A DNA stretch of 64,000 bases from Amoeboaphelidium protococcarum X5 (lineage: Eukaryota; Fungi; Aphelidiomycota), in contig JALDTO010000215.1 in the NCBI GenBank assembly GCA_023515725.1, positions 335,053-399,052 of the forward strand. The letters are read 5' to 3'. This document shows, in pieces, positions 28,329 through 40,334 of the stretch. Position 1 is the stretch's first letter. Every line of letters starts with the position of its first letter. The position numbers and the translations under genes were made by a program. Under the pieces are notes generated by a model, which was not told the origin of the DNA, did not search any database, and worked only from the letters and a program-made list of their open reading frames with translations.

Positions 28329-31300
28329 ATGAGGATTACGGAGTTGAAACCAGTGGTGCCCTCATAGAATCAATAGTAGGCTAATCTCAATAAGTCTGTA
28401 TCAGTTACTAACGGTTCAGCAACAGGAACTAAGGATGATAGTCTGCCTCGTACATCCAACAGTCTATAGAGATCGAATACTTCCAATGATAGTGGATTCA
28501 AGTTGAAACCGACTGGTTTGTTGAAGTAGTACATAGATTCTGATATTGGAGCGTCTACAGAGTCATTGTAAAAGTTGGAAGAGTCCCTATAGTTGAGTTA
28601 GAACAGAAAGCAGTCTGGTAATATCAATGGATCTCAGTCATCCGGTGCTTACGTGGCTCGATCGTCGACTAATTAACAAGGTGCATCAAAGCAATCCCTC
28701 TCCAAGGACGATAGCTCCGTGAGATTGAACGCTGGAGGCACTGTATCGCCTTAGAATGAAGTAAAGTCAAGATTGGCAGGTGGAACCTCTGGAGATAAGA
28801 AGACTTAATCTACACAAGATCGATCTTCTGATGCCAATAATAAACTAGATGGTTCATTGCGCGGTGCTAACAGTGGGAGTTAGTCCAGTATTAATAGTGG
28901 GCGTCAGCGAAGAAACACTGTAGATTCCATCTCTGAGAAGCAGAATGTTCGTACCTTGTAGCAATCTTACCAGGATGAATAGATGCAGAAGAGCAAAGTT
29001 CGTATTCTAGGAGCAGGGTTGAAGGATCATCCGATGTTTGGTAGTTAAAACTTATCTGAAGTCACTGATGAGTATATTCAGAAGCGTCAATCCCCTAAGG
29101 CGTCATAGAAGGATCTAAATTAGTCTTCCAGTTCTGCCGAGTCTACTTCTCAGCAGCAACATTAGAAAAGTCTGTACACTTCAGGCAAGTAGTAGTCGTC
29201 TCCCGTCGATGTTACTGAGCAGGTATCCAAGCGATTACAGGAAGAAGAGAAGGCCAGGTAGTAGCTGTCAGAGTTTAATAAGGTGCGTCAGAAGATTTTG
29301 AAGAAGAGTCGTGACAAGTTGAATGCTGGCTTTGATAGGAAGTCTTAGATTTATGGATAGGCTAATTAGGCTCTGCTTGCAACTCGAACTTCTAATGGAA
29401 AGTTGAATGAAGGTTCTTCCTTTGCTCCTCCTATATCAAGCAAACTGTCACACTCTATCACCAGTCTGGATATCAAAGACAATAAAGATGCTAAAAAGGT
29501 TACCGTTAGCAGTCAAGCTGAGACATTGTCAAAGCCAGTTAATCGCAAGGATTCCCCTAAAGTTGGAAGGCAAGCTAGTGCGAACAACGTTAGGATGTCT
29601 TATGAGTTTATAGCTGAACAGGAGTAATACTAGGAAGTTAAGAATTTGCTCAAGAGTCAGTTCAATATTGCTGCGTCAAGTCTTGAGAATCTACATAATC
29701 GGAAAAACTATGCCGGTAGAACTTTTATTGTGGCCGCTATTGAACGTCAAGTTTCTAGAAAATCCCAAGAGTTAGATTTTGATGAAGGAGACACTATGCT
29801 TGTCACTGACGCTACTCATCCAGAGTGGTGGGTTGCTCTGCATGAAGTCAGTGGTAGAAGTGGATTGGCACAAGCATCGAAAGTCAAAGAGATGGAGTCA
29901 TTTTTTGCAGAGATTGTCGCCCTGGCTGAAGACAATGTTGATCACTTTGATAAACACGTTGCGGAATCAAAGTCATCCATGAGAAATTTAGGTGATAAAC
30001 GTAAAGATACAGAGATTAGTGGCATCATGGATTCTTGGAAGAGCTCTAGTGTGGGTGATGGACAGGCTGCGATGGCGGAGAATCAGTCTTGGGCATCTAA
30101 AGCTGGAGCTGATCTTGTTACCAAACTGGGCAAGGATGAGGTTAAGCGCCAAGAATCTATTAGCGAGTACATTGAGACGGAGAAGAAGTTCTTGGAGGAT
30201 ATGTAGAATGTTCTTACTGGTTATGTTCAGCCTCTGAAGGACTCTCGAGTGCTGAGCAGCTTGGAACTGCAGGAGATATTCTCCAATTTGCAGTAGATTG
30301 TGGATATTGCTCAGGTATTTCATCGCGAACTGACCGAGAGATAAAAGACGTCCGGCATAGTTATAGAGTCTGTGGGAGATATACTCCTCAAGAATTTACC
30401 ATCTCTGCGCGAGTTTGCTCCATTCTGCGCCAACATGTCTCGCTCTATTCAGTACATTTTGGACAAGAAGAAGGTGTCGCAGCCATTCTGTGATAAGCTG
30501 GCCGAGTGCTCAAAGAATAAGATATTCAAGAACATGGATTTGAATAGTTTTCTGTTGAAGCCAATGTAGAGAGTTACGAAAATACCGTTACTGATTAAGG
30601 GTATTCTGAAGTACACAAAGCATGATAGTCCGGATTTCTAGAATTTAATGGAGGCTGAGTCGATTTCGCAGGAGATTTTGCTGTTTATCAACAATAGGTG
30701 TGGAGAATCTGATGAGAGGCGCAAATTAGAAAAGATCCAAGGCAAAGTTAATTTTGATTTGACTAAAGAAATATCGCTGGATTTTTTTGAGCCCAAGAAG
30801 CGTAAAATTTTATATGGTGGTCCTGTGGAGTGCAATGATAAGAAGATTTTTGCATACGTGTTTGATGATGTTCTCTTATTCTTGCAGTATAAGCTAGTCA
30901 ACAAGGTTGAAAGATACACACTGTACCGCCCAATGATGAGTCTGTGGCTGATTGATGCCAGCGACTCCGAGAGTGATGTTGAAGATACTGCCGTATCTCG
31001 AAAGACTTCCCTGAGTGTGGCCAGAAATCTATTTAAGCGTCCATCCTCCGCTAAGCCAATGAAGGATCTTTCAGCAATATTCCATATTCATGACCAATTG
31101 GCTGAAGTGACGTATGAGATATCCTGTCACAATTAGCGTGATAAAGAAATGTGGTTGGCTACGATTGAGGCAGCCTAGAAGCTATTGTAGACGTACTCTT
31201 TTTATAGAGTTGATAGATTGAGATCTCTGCCTAATTTGCCACTCAATTCTTAGAATATCAAGCCCAAGAAATTTATGGAATATGTCAGTTATGTTCAGAT

Positions 31301-32198
31301 TAAAGATTATGTCTTGTTCTCAAGTGTTGAAGGTTTGTACTGCTCCAGGTTTAATTCTAGTAGTAGCGAGTTCTACGAGGTACAAGGTTTTTAACAGCAT
31401 GTGCAGTAGCTTTTGGTTATTGAAGCCGCGAATATGCTTATTCTATAGGATGGTAAGACTGGTAGATTGGAAGGATATCAGATTGACAACATGGTGCTCT
31501 TATTGGACTACCTTCACGATAAGGATCGCAAAGGTAACGTACCTGGTGTCAAGGTTATGAAGTTTATTGAAAGTGACAATTGTCATCACTTTGGCGCTGG
31601 ATTCGTGGATGACAATTTGTATGTTATAGCCGGTACGCCGAGATTTATTTCCATTTATGAGTATATTGCTGCCAATAGAGCTTTTAAGAAAGTGAGAGAC
31701 GTTCTATCAGATGATGCTATTGATTTGACTTCGGTGAAAGAAGTTTATGGCAGGTTGATGATCACGGTGAAGCACAAATTTTATTGGATTGATTATAAGA
31801 GTGGTATTATGCAAGAGTTGATTGATTCTTCCCATGATCTGGCCACTGGATGTTTTATGGCCATCACATGCCTACCTATTAATGCCTAGCAGATGATATT
31901 ATGCTGGTCCAACATGGGTGCAGTGGTCACTTTGAAAGAGAAGAACAAGGTGAAGATTGATAAGATTTTGGTGTGGAGATACAATGCCTTTGACTTTATT
32001 CTCTAGCTCCCATATCTGGTAGTCTACGTGCAGAATGCGATTGAAATATGGAATGTTGAGAGTGGATAGTTGATTTAGCTGATACACGCCCCTCGCTGTA
32101 AAGTTGTTGATGGCACAGAGCATTAGTACTTCACCATTGCTGAGAGTGGAGATTCCACAGAGATTCTGTGCACTCTGCAAGCTCTCAGTGATCGTTGA
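28329..32198 (+). CDS. Rho guanine-nucleotide exchange factor (1289 aa; SH3, DH, PH, CNH-like), intronless
   Basis: SH3 (ELDFDEGD...PEWWVA...GRSGL), DH (KRQESISEYIETEKKF; FLLKPMQRVTKIPLLIK), PH (YVFDDVLLF), CNH-like C-terminus (PYLVVY..NAIEIWNVESG). Confidence 0.88.
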
Positions 32199-32378
32199 AT
32201 TAAATATTGATTATAATACTAATGTCTGCTTTATTGTAGATGTTGAATAATTTATGATGATTGATGTAAATGTGATGCCAATAGATATGCTCGTTGATGT
32301 TGATTCGACTACTTTTAATGAAATGAGTTTAGCGCTTACTGCAGTTTAACCTTTCAATATCCGTGCAGTATTTTCAGA

Positions 32379-33673
32379 ATGTCTACTCTCAATCTTGAAT
32401 AGTATTTTGAAGGTATATATTCAATTTTTAAGTTCAACTAATTCTTCGTATTATATATACTGATCATTGATTTGTAGACGTTGAGGTACAAAAGTAATCA
32501 TGGTGGACAACTTTGTTGCAATAATCAACATTCGCACCATCTGGTTTAATGAAATTGGCGCGGTGCTTCTTTAGTAAAATTTAGTCTGTAATGTTCTCAA
32601 GACATCACGTTAAGACCGTACTGTATGAAGACTTCCTCGTTGACTGTTTAAAGTCTGAATAAGAATGGCTCCATTCTCTAATACCTTTGTCCTTTGGAAT
32701 CGGACGTGCTATATAGCTAATTCTATCATCGATCACTGTTGTTTTTATATCGTGTCACTGGTTGCATTTTCGCGTCATTTGGGTGCTGCCTATTTGTGTA
32801 TTGCATTGCTTTGGAGTCTACTATCTCACTATGTAAATTCAACATAGTGCTATCAGATTTTAAATCTAAACTTTACTAATGACCATAAAGTCGCTCAAGT
32901 AATAGATCGTCGATCGATAGAGCTCGCGGTTCTGTGTGGATTAAGAGAGAAGTCAGCAGATTCAGAATGCTGCTTTAGAAGAGGATAATGAGCTTCAGTA
33001 AATTAGTATCAAGTATCAGGACTTACTGAATCAAGTCATCAACGCAACTAATTAATGCCATAAGTTTTAAATTGATTAATCGCGTTCCAAGTTCAGTGAT
33101 CTGTATCGGGTGAACGCATCATTGATTGATGAAATCCAAAGTTTATCAGACTCTATTTGCAGCGTTAACCATGCACTATTGATAAAGAAGATAATAGATT
33201 TGATGCAAGCATAGAGCGAATCGCGGTATTTGGTGGTAAATTCATAAATACTGAAACTGTGCGGCATGGTTGGTAAGCTGTAACAGACGGACTCTTAGCA
33301 AAAGATTTTTAATTCATAATTGGCATTGGTGATTAGCTAGATTGAACAACTGCTGCATACTTGTCGGAGTATGTAGTAATCTCATGGTGATAATCATTCG
33401 GAAGAATAACATTCTAATTAGATGGATGTTGAGTATAAATAGGATCAATTTGTGTATTGTGCAGAAAAGCAAGACGTTTCCTCAGCGCGTTCAATTCATG
33501 CGGTGAAGAGTAAGCGGATGTTCGATGCAAAGATTCGCAAGTAAGCATCTAGTTAAACATATACTGCAGATTCCACTCTTAATGTACACAAAGATTTGAT
33601 GGCAGAGCTTAGGAATGCTTTACCTGCTTTTAACAATTTGCCGTTGGGTACTGTTAATCCACCAGAGGAGTGA
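32379..33673 (+). CDS. Two-TM coiled-coil protein, possibly vezatin-like (intron 32413-32477)
   Basis: TGA-free frame of about 409 aa; two adjacent hydrophobic segments; LEQYFED N-terminus and LMAELRNAL C-terminus loosely recall vezatin. The family call is weak. Confidence 0.6.
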
Positions 33674-33814
33674 ATGCGTTGTTTGTTGTTCGATTGATCT
33701 GATGCAATAAAACACTGATTAACTTTTAACTCTTCTGTTGCACTTTGATTGATATCCTGGTGATTATAATTGAAAATAAAATTATAGGTCGCATATACTA
33801 AGTCAAAGACAAAA

Positions 33815-34168
33815 ATGAGAAAATCAAGTATCAGTCTGACGGTAGAGTCTCTGTTGCAGAAATCTCTCGCTTTAGAGTAGAAATTGTTGGAGCAAAATCA
33901 CATTAATATCTAGCTGAGGGAACTCTTGGAGATGCAAAGAAGGTCCAGATTTGTTAATACTTTAGAAGTTGGGTGTCAAACAGAATATTCATTATTTGAG
34001 TAACTAGCTGTCCGGCCTGTCTAAACGCGTAGTCTTTCAACCGCTGTACACTTATATAAGTTACCATCCGGTGTGTCAGTTAAAGCTTGGCCCATACTTC
34101 CCGCTATATTCTCATCTATTCTTAGTATAAAAATAATGATTATACTGTTCATAAATATAATGTATTGA
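33815..34168 (+). CDS. Small hypothetical protein with a hydrophobic tail (117 aa)
   Basis: AAAAATG start, coiled-coil-like N-terminus, hydrophobic C-terminus, TGA at 34166-34168. Confidence 0.4.
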
Positions 34169-34195
34169 TTATCATAGACTGGGAATAGTAATTTT

Positions 34196-34742
34196 TCATC
34201 CAGCTTATGCCACCGCTTTGATCTCAATCAGCAACTTTGGCGAGGGAAGCTCTTTCACAGCCACAGTGGTTCGCGATGGTCCTACAACATTGAACGTAGT
34301 TTATAATTTTATGAATTTAATTGCCATAGCGATATTTAAAATACCTGTCTGAGCATCAAAGAACTCATTGTAGACTTGGTTAAATTCCGCGTAATGCTTC
34401 ATGTCCACCAGGAACACGGTGAGATCAACCACATTCTTCAAAGTTGCACCGGCGCCTTTCAAAATAGCTTCAATACTACACACGGAATTTGCATTAAGAT
34501 TACCTTGAGACCAACTCATATAGATTAAGTTACTTTTAGATGACTGCGCGCGTTTAAGCTTTAATGTCCAAAGTGAGAGTACCATCAGCATTCTCAATCA
34601 CACCTTCATACGTATTATCCAGACGGCGTGACGAAATTCCAGATACGTAAATCATTCCATTACAAATTCTAGCGTGCGGATAACGTGCAAGAGCTGGTGC
34701 TCTATCCTGCATAATAATGGCTTTGCCGTTGATTTCACTCAT
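34196..34742 (-). CDS. RidA/YjgF-family protein, 2-aminomuconate deaminase type (introns 34476-34533 and 34282-34344)
   Basis: YPHAR..NGMIYVSGISSRRLDN, DIKAQTRAVI, FLVDM..YAEFNQVYNEFF, GPSRTTVAVKELPSPKLLIEIKAVA. Confidence 0.85.
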
Positions 34743-35047
34743 GATCACAAGTTGATAGATTAGTTCAACTTCAAAGTTGGTAAGCGGTTTCTTTGTAGAA
34801 GAGGCTGCGTTGGTCTAAACGAAAGATACAGTCGACAGAGATGGGCAAAACTTCAAGAATACGCTCATAGCTGTAAGGCTAATAGTCGCTTAGAATAACC
34901 AATTTAATATTTACTCAAATATTGCTGAAGACTGTGATATAGTTAATACCCGATTCCATATAGGTGTTTTCGCAGGGCCTCTTTTGAAACGTTTCCCACA
35001 CGATCAGTTCTCCTTCCCAAAGCAGCAATTCGCGGTGATCAACCAAA
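34743..35047. promoter_or_regulatory. Putative bidirectional promoter between the deaminase and the dehydrogenase
   Basis: 305 bp between divergent start codons. Confidence 0.5.
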
Positions 35048-36602
35048 ATGAGACAATTAAGAAATTTTATCAATAACAACTTTGTGGAACCAAGCAACAA
35101 ATGTTTTATTGACTCTATTAATCCAGCGAATGGAGAGGTAATACTTATGAGTTAAACTTAGAGCGACTGGCATTGCAACCATGATCTTGGAGTGATTGTA
35201 GGTGATTGCTTAGATTCCGGATTCCGATGCTGGCGATGTTGATACCGCAGTATAAGCTGCATCGAGTGCATTCAAAAGTTGGTCCAAGACTACGCGCTAG
35301 CAGCGTTCAGATATTTTGCACAAGATTGCTGATGCGCTGGAGCAGAGATTAGAAGAGTTCGCAATAGCTGAGAGCCAAGATCAAGGTAAACCTGTTACGC
35401 TCGCTCTCAGCGTGGACATTCCAAGGGCAATTTACAATTTCAGATATTTTGCTGGTCGTATCCTCTACCAGGATGATAAGAAGTCTGATTTAGATGGTGT
35501 GGCGATGAGTTACACTCAGCGAGTACCTATTGGAGTGGCAGGCCTCATCAGTCCATGGAATCTGCCGCTGTACTTGCTCACATGGAAGGTTGCACCGTGC
35601 ATCGCTTACGGTAATACTTGCGTATGTAAACCAAGTGAATTTACTAGTGTTACTGCGTACATGCTTTGCGAAGTTCTACAGCAATGTCAACTGCCAGCCG
35701 GTGTTGTGAATATGGTGTTTGGTTACGGACACACTGTTGGGTAGGCCATTGTAACTCATCGCGACATCCCTCTGATCTCATTTACGGGAGGCACAGCGAC
35801 TGGCGAAACTATTGCTAGAAATGCTGCCCCAATGCATAAAAAATTATCATTGGAACTGGGCGGTAAGAACGCGAATATTGTATTTGAAGATGCGGATATG
35901 GACCAGTGTCTTGCTACCACCATACGATCAAGCTTTAACAATCAAGGGGAGATTTGTCTATGTGGCTCTAGGATCTTAGTGCATCGTAGTGTTTACAAAC
36001 AGTTTGTTGAGAGATTTGTAGCCTTGATCAAAGACAATGTGATAGTGGGAGACCCTTTGAACCGCAGTCTGAATAACGGCGGGTAGAAGTTGCACGTCGG
36101 AGCAATCAACTCTAAGCAGCACTTTGATAAAGTTTTGTCCTATATTCAGAAAGCCAAAGATTTGAACGCGTAAATTGTTCATGGTGGTCACTCTATTACA
36201 AATATTCATCCGCAAGGCTTATTCATAGAGCCAACTGTGGTTCTAACTGAGCCATTGGATTCCTAATTCTCAACATTGGATCACCTGTCATGCGCCATAT
36301 GTTAAGAAGAAGTCTTTGGTCCTTATGTTACAATAACACCTTTTGATAATGAGGAACACGCTATCACGCTGGCTAATAGCACCAAGTATGGTTTGAGCGC
36401 TACTGTGTGGACAGAGAATGGCAAGAGACAGAGAAGAGTTGCCGAGCAACTGCAAGCTGGCACCGTATGGGTAAACTGCTGGATGACGCGTGATCTCAAC
36501 ATGCCATTCGGTGGTATGAAGCAGAGTGGACTTGGTAGAGAAGGTGGCGATTACTCAATTGATTTTTTCACTGAACTGAAGACTATTTGCCTCAAGAATT
36601 GA
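35048..36602 (+). CDS. ALDH8A1: 2-aminomuconate semialdehyde dehydrogenase (ALDH8A1-type; intron 35138-35201)
   Basis: AESQDQGK..LA..VDIPRAIYNFRYFA, ISPWNLPLYLLTWK, LELGGKN, NQGEICLC, NCWMTRDLNMPFGGMK. Confidence 0.9.
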
Positions 36603-36726
36603 ACCACTTACTACTACTACTACGAAGTGGGAATACCATCTGAAATGAATTGGGTTATAGCGATTAAGTATATATATCATACTTTTAATTATTAAAAAAC
36701 TCCCTTTCAGATTAGAAGTTATTCAC

Positions 36727-37285
36727 TCAAGCGTAATTTAGTCTAAAGACGTCGTTGAACACGAACCAATTGCCAGATCCATCATTGTTCAGCTGGAATA
36801 CTTGACTGAAGAATTATGGATTAGACTCATTGTCAACCTAAACCACCATGCTCATAAAGATCACACAAACATAAAAGCGCTTTTGATTAACAGTATTAAC
36901 TTACCAGTAGTTATCCAGTTACAGCAACCAAGATTGAATTTCCAGAGGTGTTTCCAGGCTGAACATCCACAGTGGTCACCTTGTGTGCAACTTTTTAAAA
37001 TGGCAGACTCTACACGGATAGTGTGAACTCAATCCATCCAGCAAATACTTAGTATAACCTTACCGAAAGCTTTTCAACAATCTTCTCACTGCCTTAAAAC
37101 TCTTGGCCTTCAAAAGTGAGCATTGACTGGGATTTCTACAGTATACATTGAGCATAAGTGGGAGTATTTTGCGCATCAATGACTAAATCAGCAGTTACGT
37201 ATAGCGGTGCCAAGTTGGCGCGGGATGCATCGAAAGTACTATAGTAGTACTTGACAAATTCGTTAGCGATAGCTTTGGCGTCCAT
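36727..37285 (-). CDS. NTF2: Nuclear transport factor 2 (3 introns)
   Basis: IANEFVKYYYSTFD..RANLAPLY, SMLTFEG, SLPFQKVAH, WFVFNDVFRLNY. Confidence 0.95.
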
Positions 37286-37566
37286 ATTTATTACTTGCGT
37301 TAAAAGTTCAATTCGAGTGCTTATTCAAATATGTGATAAATGCAATAAAAAGCGATTTGACCAAGCGGTCGAGATCTTGACGCGAGCGAGAATTTCATGG
37401 AGCGTAACTTTGAGTTGGGAAACAAATAAGGGATGGAAAGTAATTAACAAGGCAATGATATTTTATTCACTCTGAAAACTGAAGATTATGGCGACATTTA
37501 ATATAGATAATAATCTGCACTCTCTGAAAAGCAGGCAAAACTTCTGCATTAGGACTTTAACTTTGA

Positions 37567-38358
37567 TCATTCAAGCTACTAACCACCAATTTAATCTTGC
37601 ACGTTAGCCTTCCTAATCTGAGCAGAAAATACAGTTTTCATCGAGCACTTCTCGTAAACTTCCATATACCAGTCCAGATCATTAGCGAATATCATGGAGA
37701 AGTCTGAAGTTTGAAACAAATCTCCTAGATTCATGTTGAAAGCGATCGGCTTAGAATTCTATATTAGCATGGACAGTGTGGAAGACTTTATAATAGTCTC
37801 CAACTTATTTTCAGATTCGATAGTACCATCCAGCACGTTGAAACGCGTTATTTTAAAGACGAGCCTGATAGACTTTTCAAAATCATCAGCATTGACAGAG
37901 TAACAGAATATTTTGGCCAATCTTGAATGATCTTGTCGCATCACTTTATTGAAGAATTCAATTTCGCTGATTTGAATGTTGAGATTTGTGATCGAATGAA
38001 TGTTCTATGTGATTTTGACAGATTCCAAGTAGCTCTAGCGCTATTTGGCCACTTTCGCGTCTACAGAACTTGGAGGGTACCAGACAATCTAGGAGCGACC
38101 AGCGAATTCCAGTTTCAGTCGTTAGAACGTGCGCATGTTGCGTGAAGTCTAATAGAAGAGCTCATTCAAATCCAGCGTGATTTTTTTACTTCTAGTTGTC
38201 TAGCTAGCTGAACCGAACTCTTCCAACTCGCGGTATTCTTGCATGCGATTCAGGATTGAGGGAGTTTCAGACTTGATTTCAGTGTCATCCCAATGAGGCG
38301 ATGGATCCATACAATGGATTCCCTGCAATGCTACAATAAATAGAATTAGCCAGATCAT
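37567..38358 (-). CDS. Secreted hypothetical protein (263 aa)
   Basis: Signal-peptide-like MIWLILFIVALQGIHC; TGA-free frame that includes track ORF 37759-37944. Confidence 0.65.
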
Positions 38359-38545
38359 TGTAGAGAAAGAGAATGGAATATATGTAAGTGTCTACTATTG
38401 TTAGACAGAACTGAAGACTAGATGGTTGAGTGGAAACAAAGCACTCTGCGATCAGAATGAGGCGTGAGGCGGCCTCGCGTGAATGAAACAAGTGCCAGAT
38501 AAGATAGGTGGCTGGTGTAATAATAATCAATCTAATGTTTAGAGC

Positions 38546-39474
38546 TCATTTTACCCGCGATTCAGCCAACTTTATCATATCAGAGTAATAAAGTTGTCGT
38601 ATGTTGAAATTCCACATTTCATTATCCTTCTCTACGTCCATAAAATCGGGAATTAGACCAGAATTCTGATGTCGACAAAACAATTCAGCATCGGCTACCA
38701 TGGAACGCGCCACAGTTCGCGCATCAAGTGATTACATTCTAGATGGCAATAGAATTGAAGGTACACACATAATTAATGGAAACATTCTGCAATTTTCTTC
38801 GATCCACCAATGAGCTTTCATAATTGTCTCTTCAAGTTTAGAGCTAGGTGCTTTCTAACCATCCTTATTCATCGCAATCACTCTCTACTGATACTCTTTA
38901 AATGACCGTTTGATCCACGCTGGTTTTACCAAGGTGAGTTGATCAAAATCTAATTCTTTAAGTCCAGCCTCAGCTTATCCTTTCAATTTTAGCATAGTAC
39001 GCGTAGAGGTTGATAAAGTATGAACATAGCTGAGATACGAGAAGTACGGCACTTAAGCATAAAATTTGCACCAATTGGCAAACTACAGCGGTGTTCTCAC
39101 ATCGGCTTCGTACTATTGAATCTCGCTTTATAGATTTGGCTAGCGATTGCCTATAGTACAAAAAGCTACGTTTATCAAGTCGTCATTCCTGGATATCTTG
39201 ACTTTATCAAATGCTTTATTTTGAGTCAGATCTAATTTGTAATGCTCAACTTTATCCAGAGACGCGTCAACAACATCATCAGACTTTTTACTCCACATTC
39301 CAGGCCTTAGGCGAGATATTTGTATTATTTCCGCGCATCTAGTAGATAATTGTAGTTCTTTCACTAAGCACTACCCATCATAAGATATATATTGAATAAA
39401 AGTTTGTAATAATTCACACCTACCTTTCCCACAGCTCCTGTACCTCCCAAAACTAAAGCTCGATATTTCTTCAT
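38546..39474 (-). CDS. Atypical SDR oxidoreductase, HTATIP2/Fmp52-like (intron 39371-39423)
   Basis: ALVLGGTGAVGK|CLVKEL, AFCTIG, KLKGQAEAGLKELDFDQLTLVKP, ARTVARSMV. Confidence 0.82.
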
Positions 39475-39513
39475 TTTAAAGCAGACAGATTGCTGAATTT
39501 CACGAGAACTAAA

Positions 39514-40131
39514 ATGAAGGAAGTAAAGCAGAATCAGCAAATTGTGATTTGTATATGGATGGGAGTTAGTGGAACTGGAAAGAGTACTTTAGCATAATTA
39601 GCAGTCGATAAGCTAGGTACAGACTCGGAGTTGGTGATGATAGAGGGCGACGATTTTCATTCTGAAGCGAACGTGTAAAAGATGCGGACTGGTACACCAT
39701 TGGAGGATGATGACCGGTGGCCATGGCTCAAGAGCATTGGATCCAAAATACTGGAAAATTGTGAGAAAGTTGAGAACTTAGATGGTGTCATTGTGACTTG
39801 CTCATGCCTCAAAAAGTCTTACCGTGATTACTTTCGTAGTCTCGTGGCTGAGTATATGTCTTCACCAGCTTGTGGCGGCAAGTCAATAGAGATATACTTC
39901 TTCTATCTAAAGGGAAGTTTTGATCTTATACTTTAACGTGTAGATAATAGAAAAGGACATTTTATGGGAAGGAATCTACTCAAGTCCTAGTTCCAAACAC
40001 TAGAAGATCCTGAATCTGATGGTACGGCAGACGTAATCACGATTGACCTCGATTAATATTCCGATAACTCGCCTTAGTAGCTTATCGACAATGAATTGAA
40101 CCGCATCAAGTATTTGTTTCAGAAGAATTGA
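39514..40131 (+). CDS. IDNK: Gluconokinase
   Basis: MGVSGTGKST, EGDDFHSEANVQKMRTGTPLEDDDRWPWL, RKGHFM...LLKSQFQTLEDP. Confidence 0.95.
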
Positions 40132-40334
40132 TAATTCATGCATGCGATTTGTTATGAATCTCTATTAGTCTCAGTCTTGCCTTAAATGGTAACGTTTCAC
40201 CACGCGTCATTTGGTCCTGGTTGGAGGCGCTTCTGAAACAAGAAGGTACTCATAGCAAAGATTGCCTATTAGAAATATCAAGCTGGTATTTTACTTCTCT
40301 CTATCGTTTGTGTGATAATTAGCGTGTTGATAAA

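Noticed and set aside
22634-36602. NMNAT as part of the kynurenine/NAD cluster
   Set aside because: About 11 kb and six unrelated genes away, and on a different branch of the pathway.
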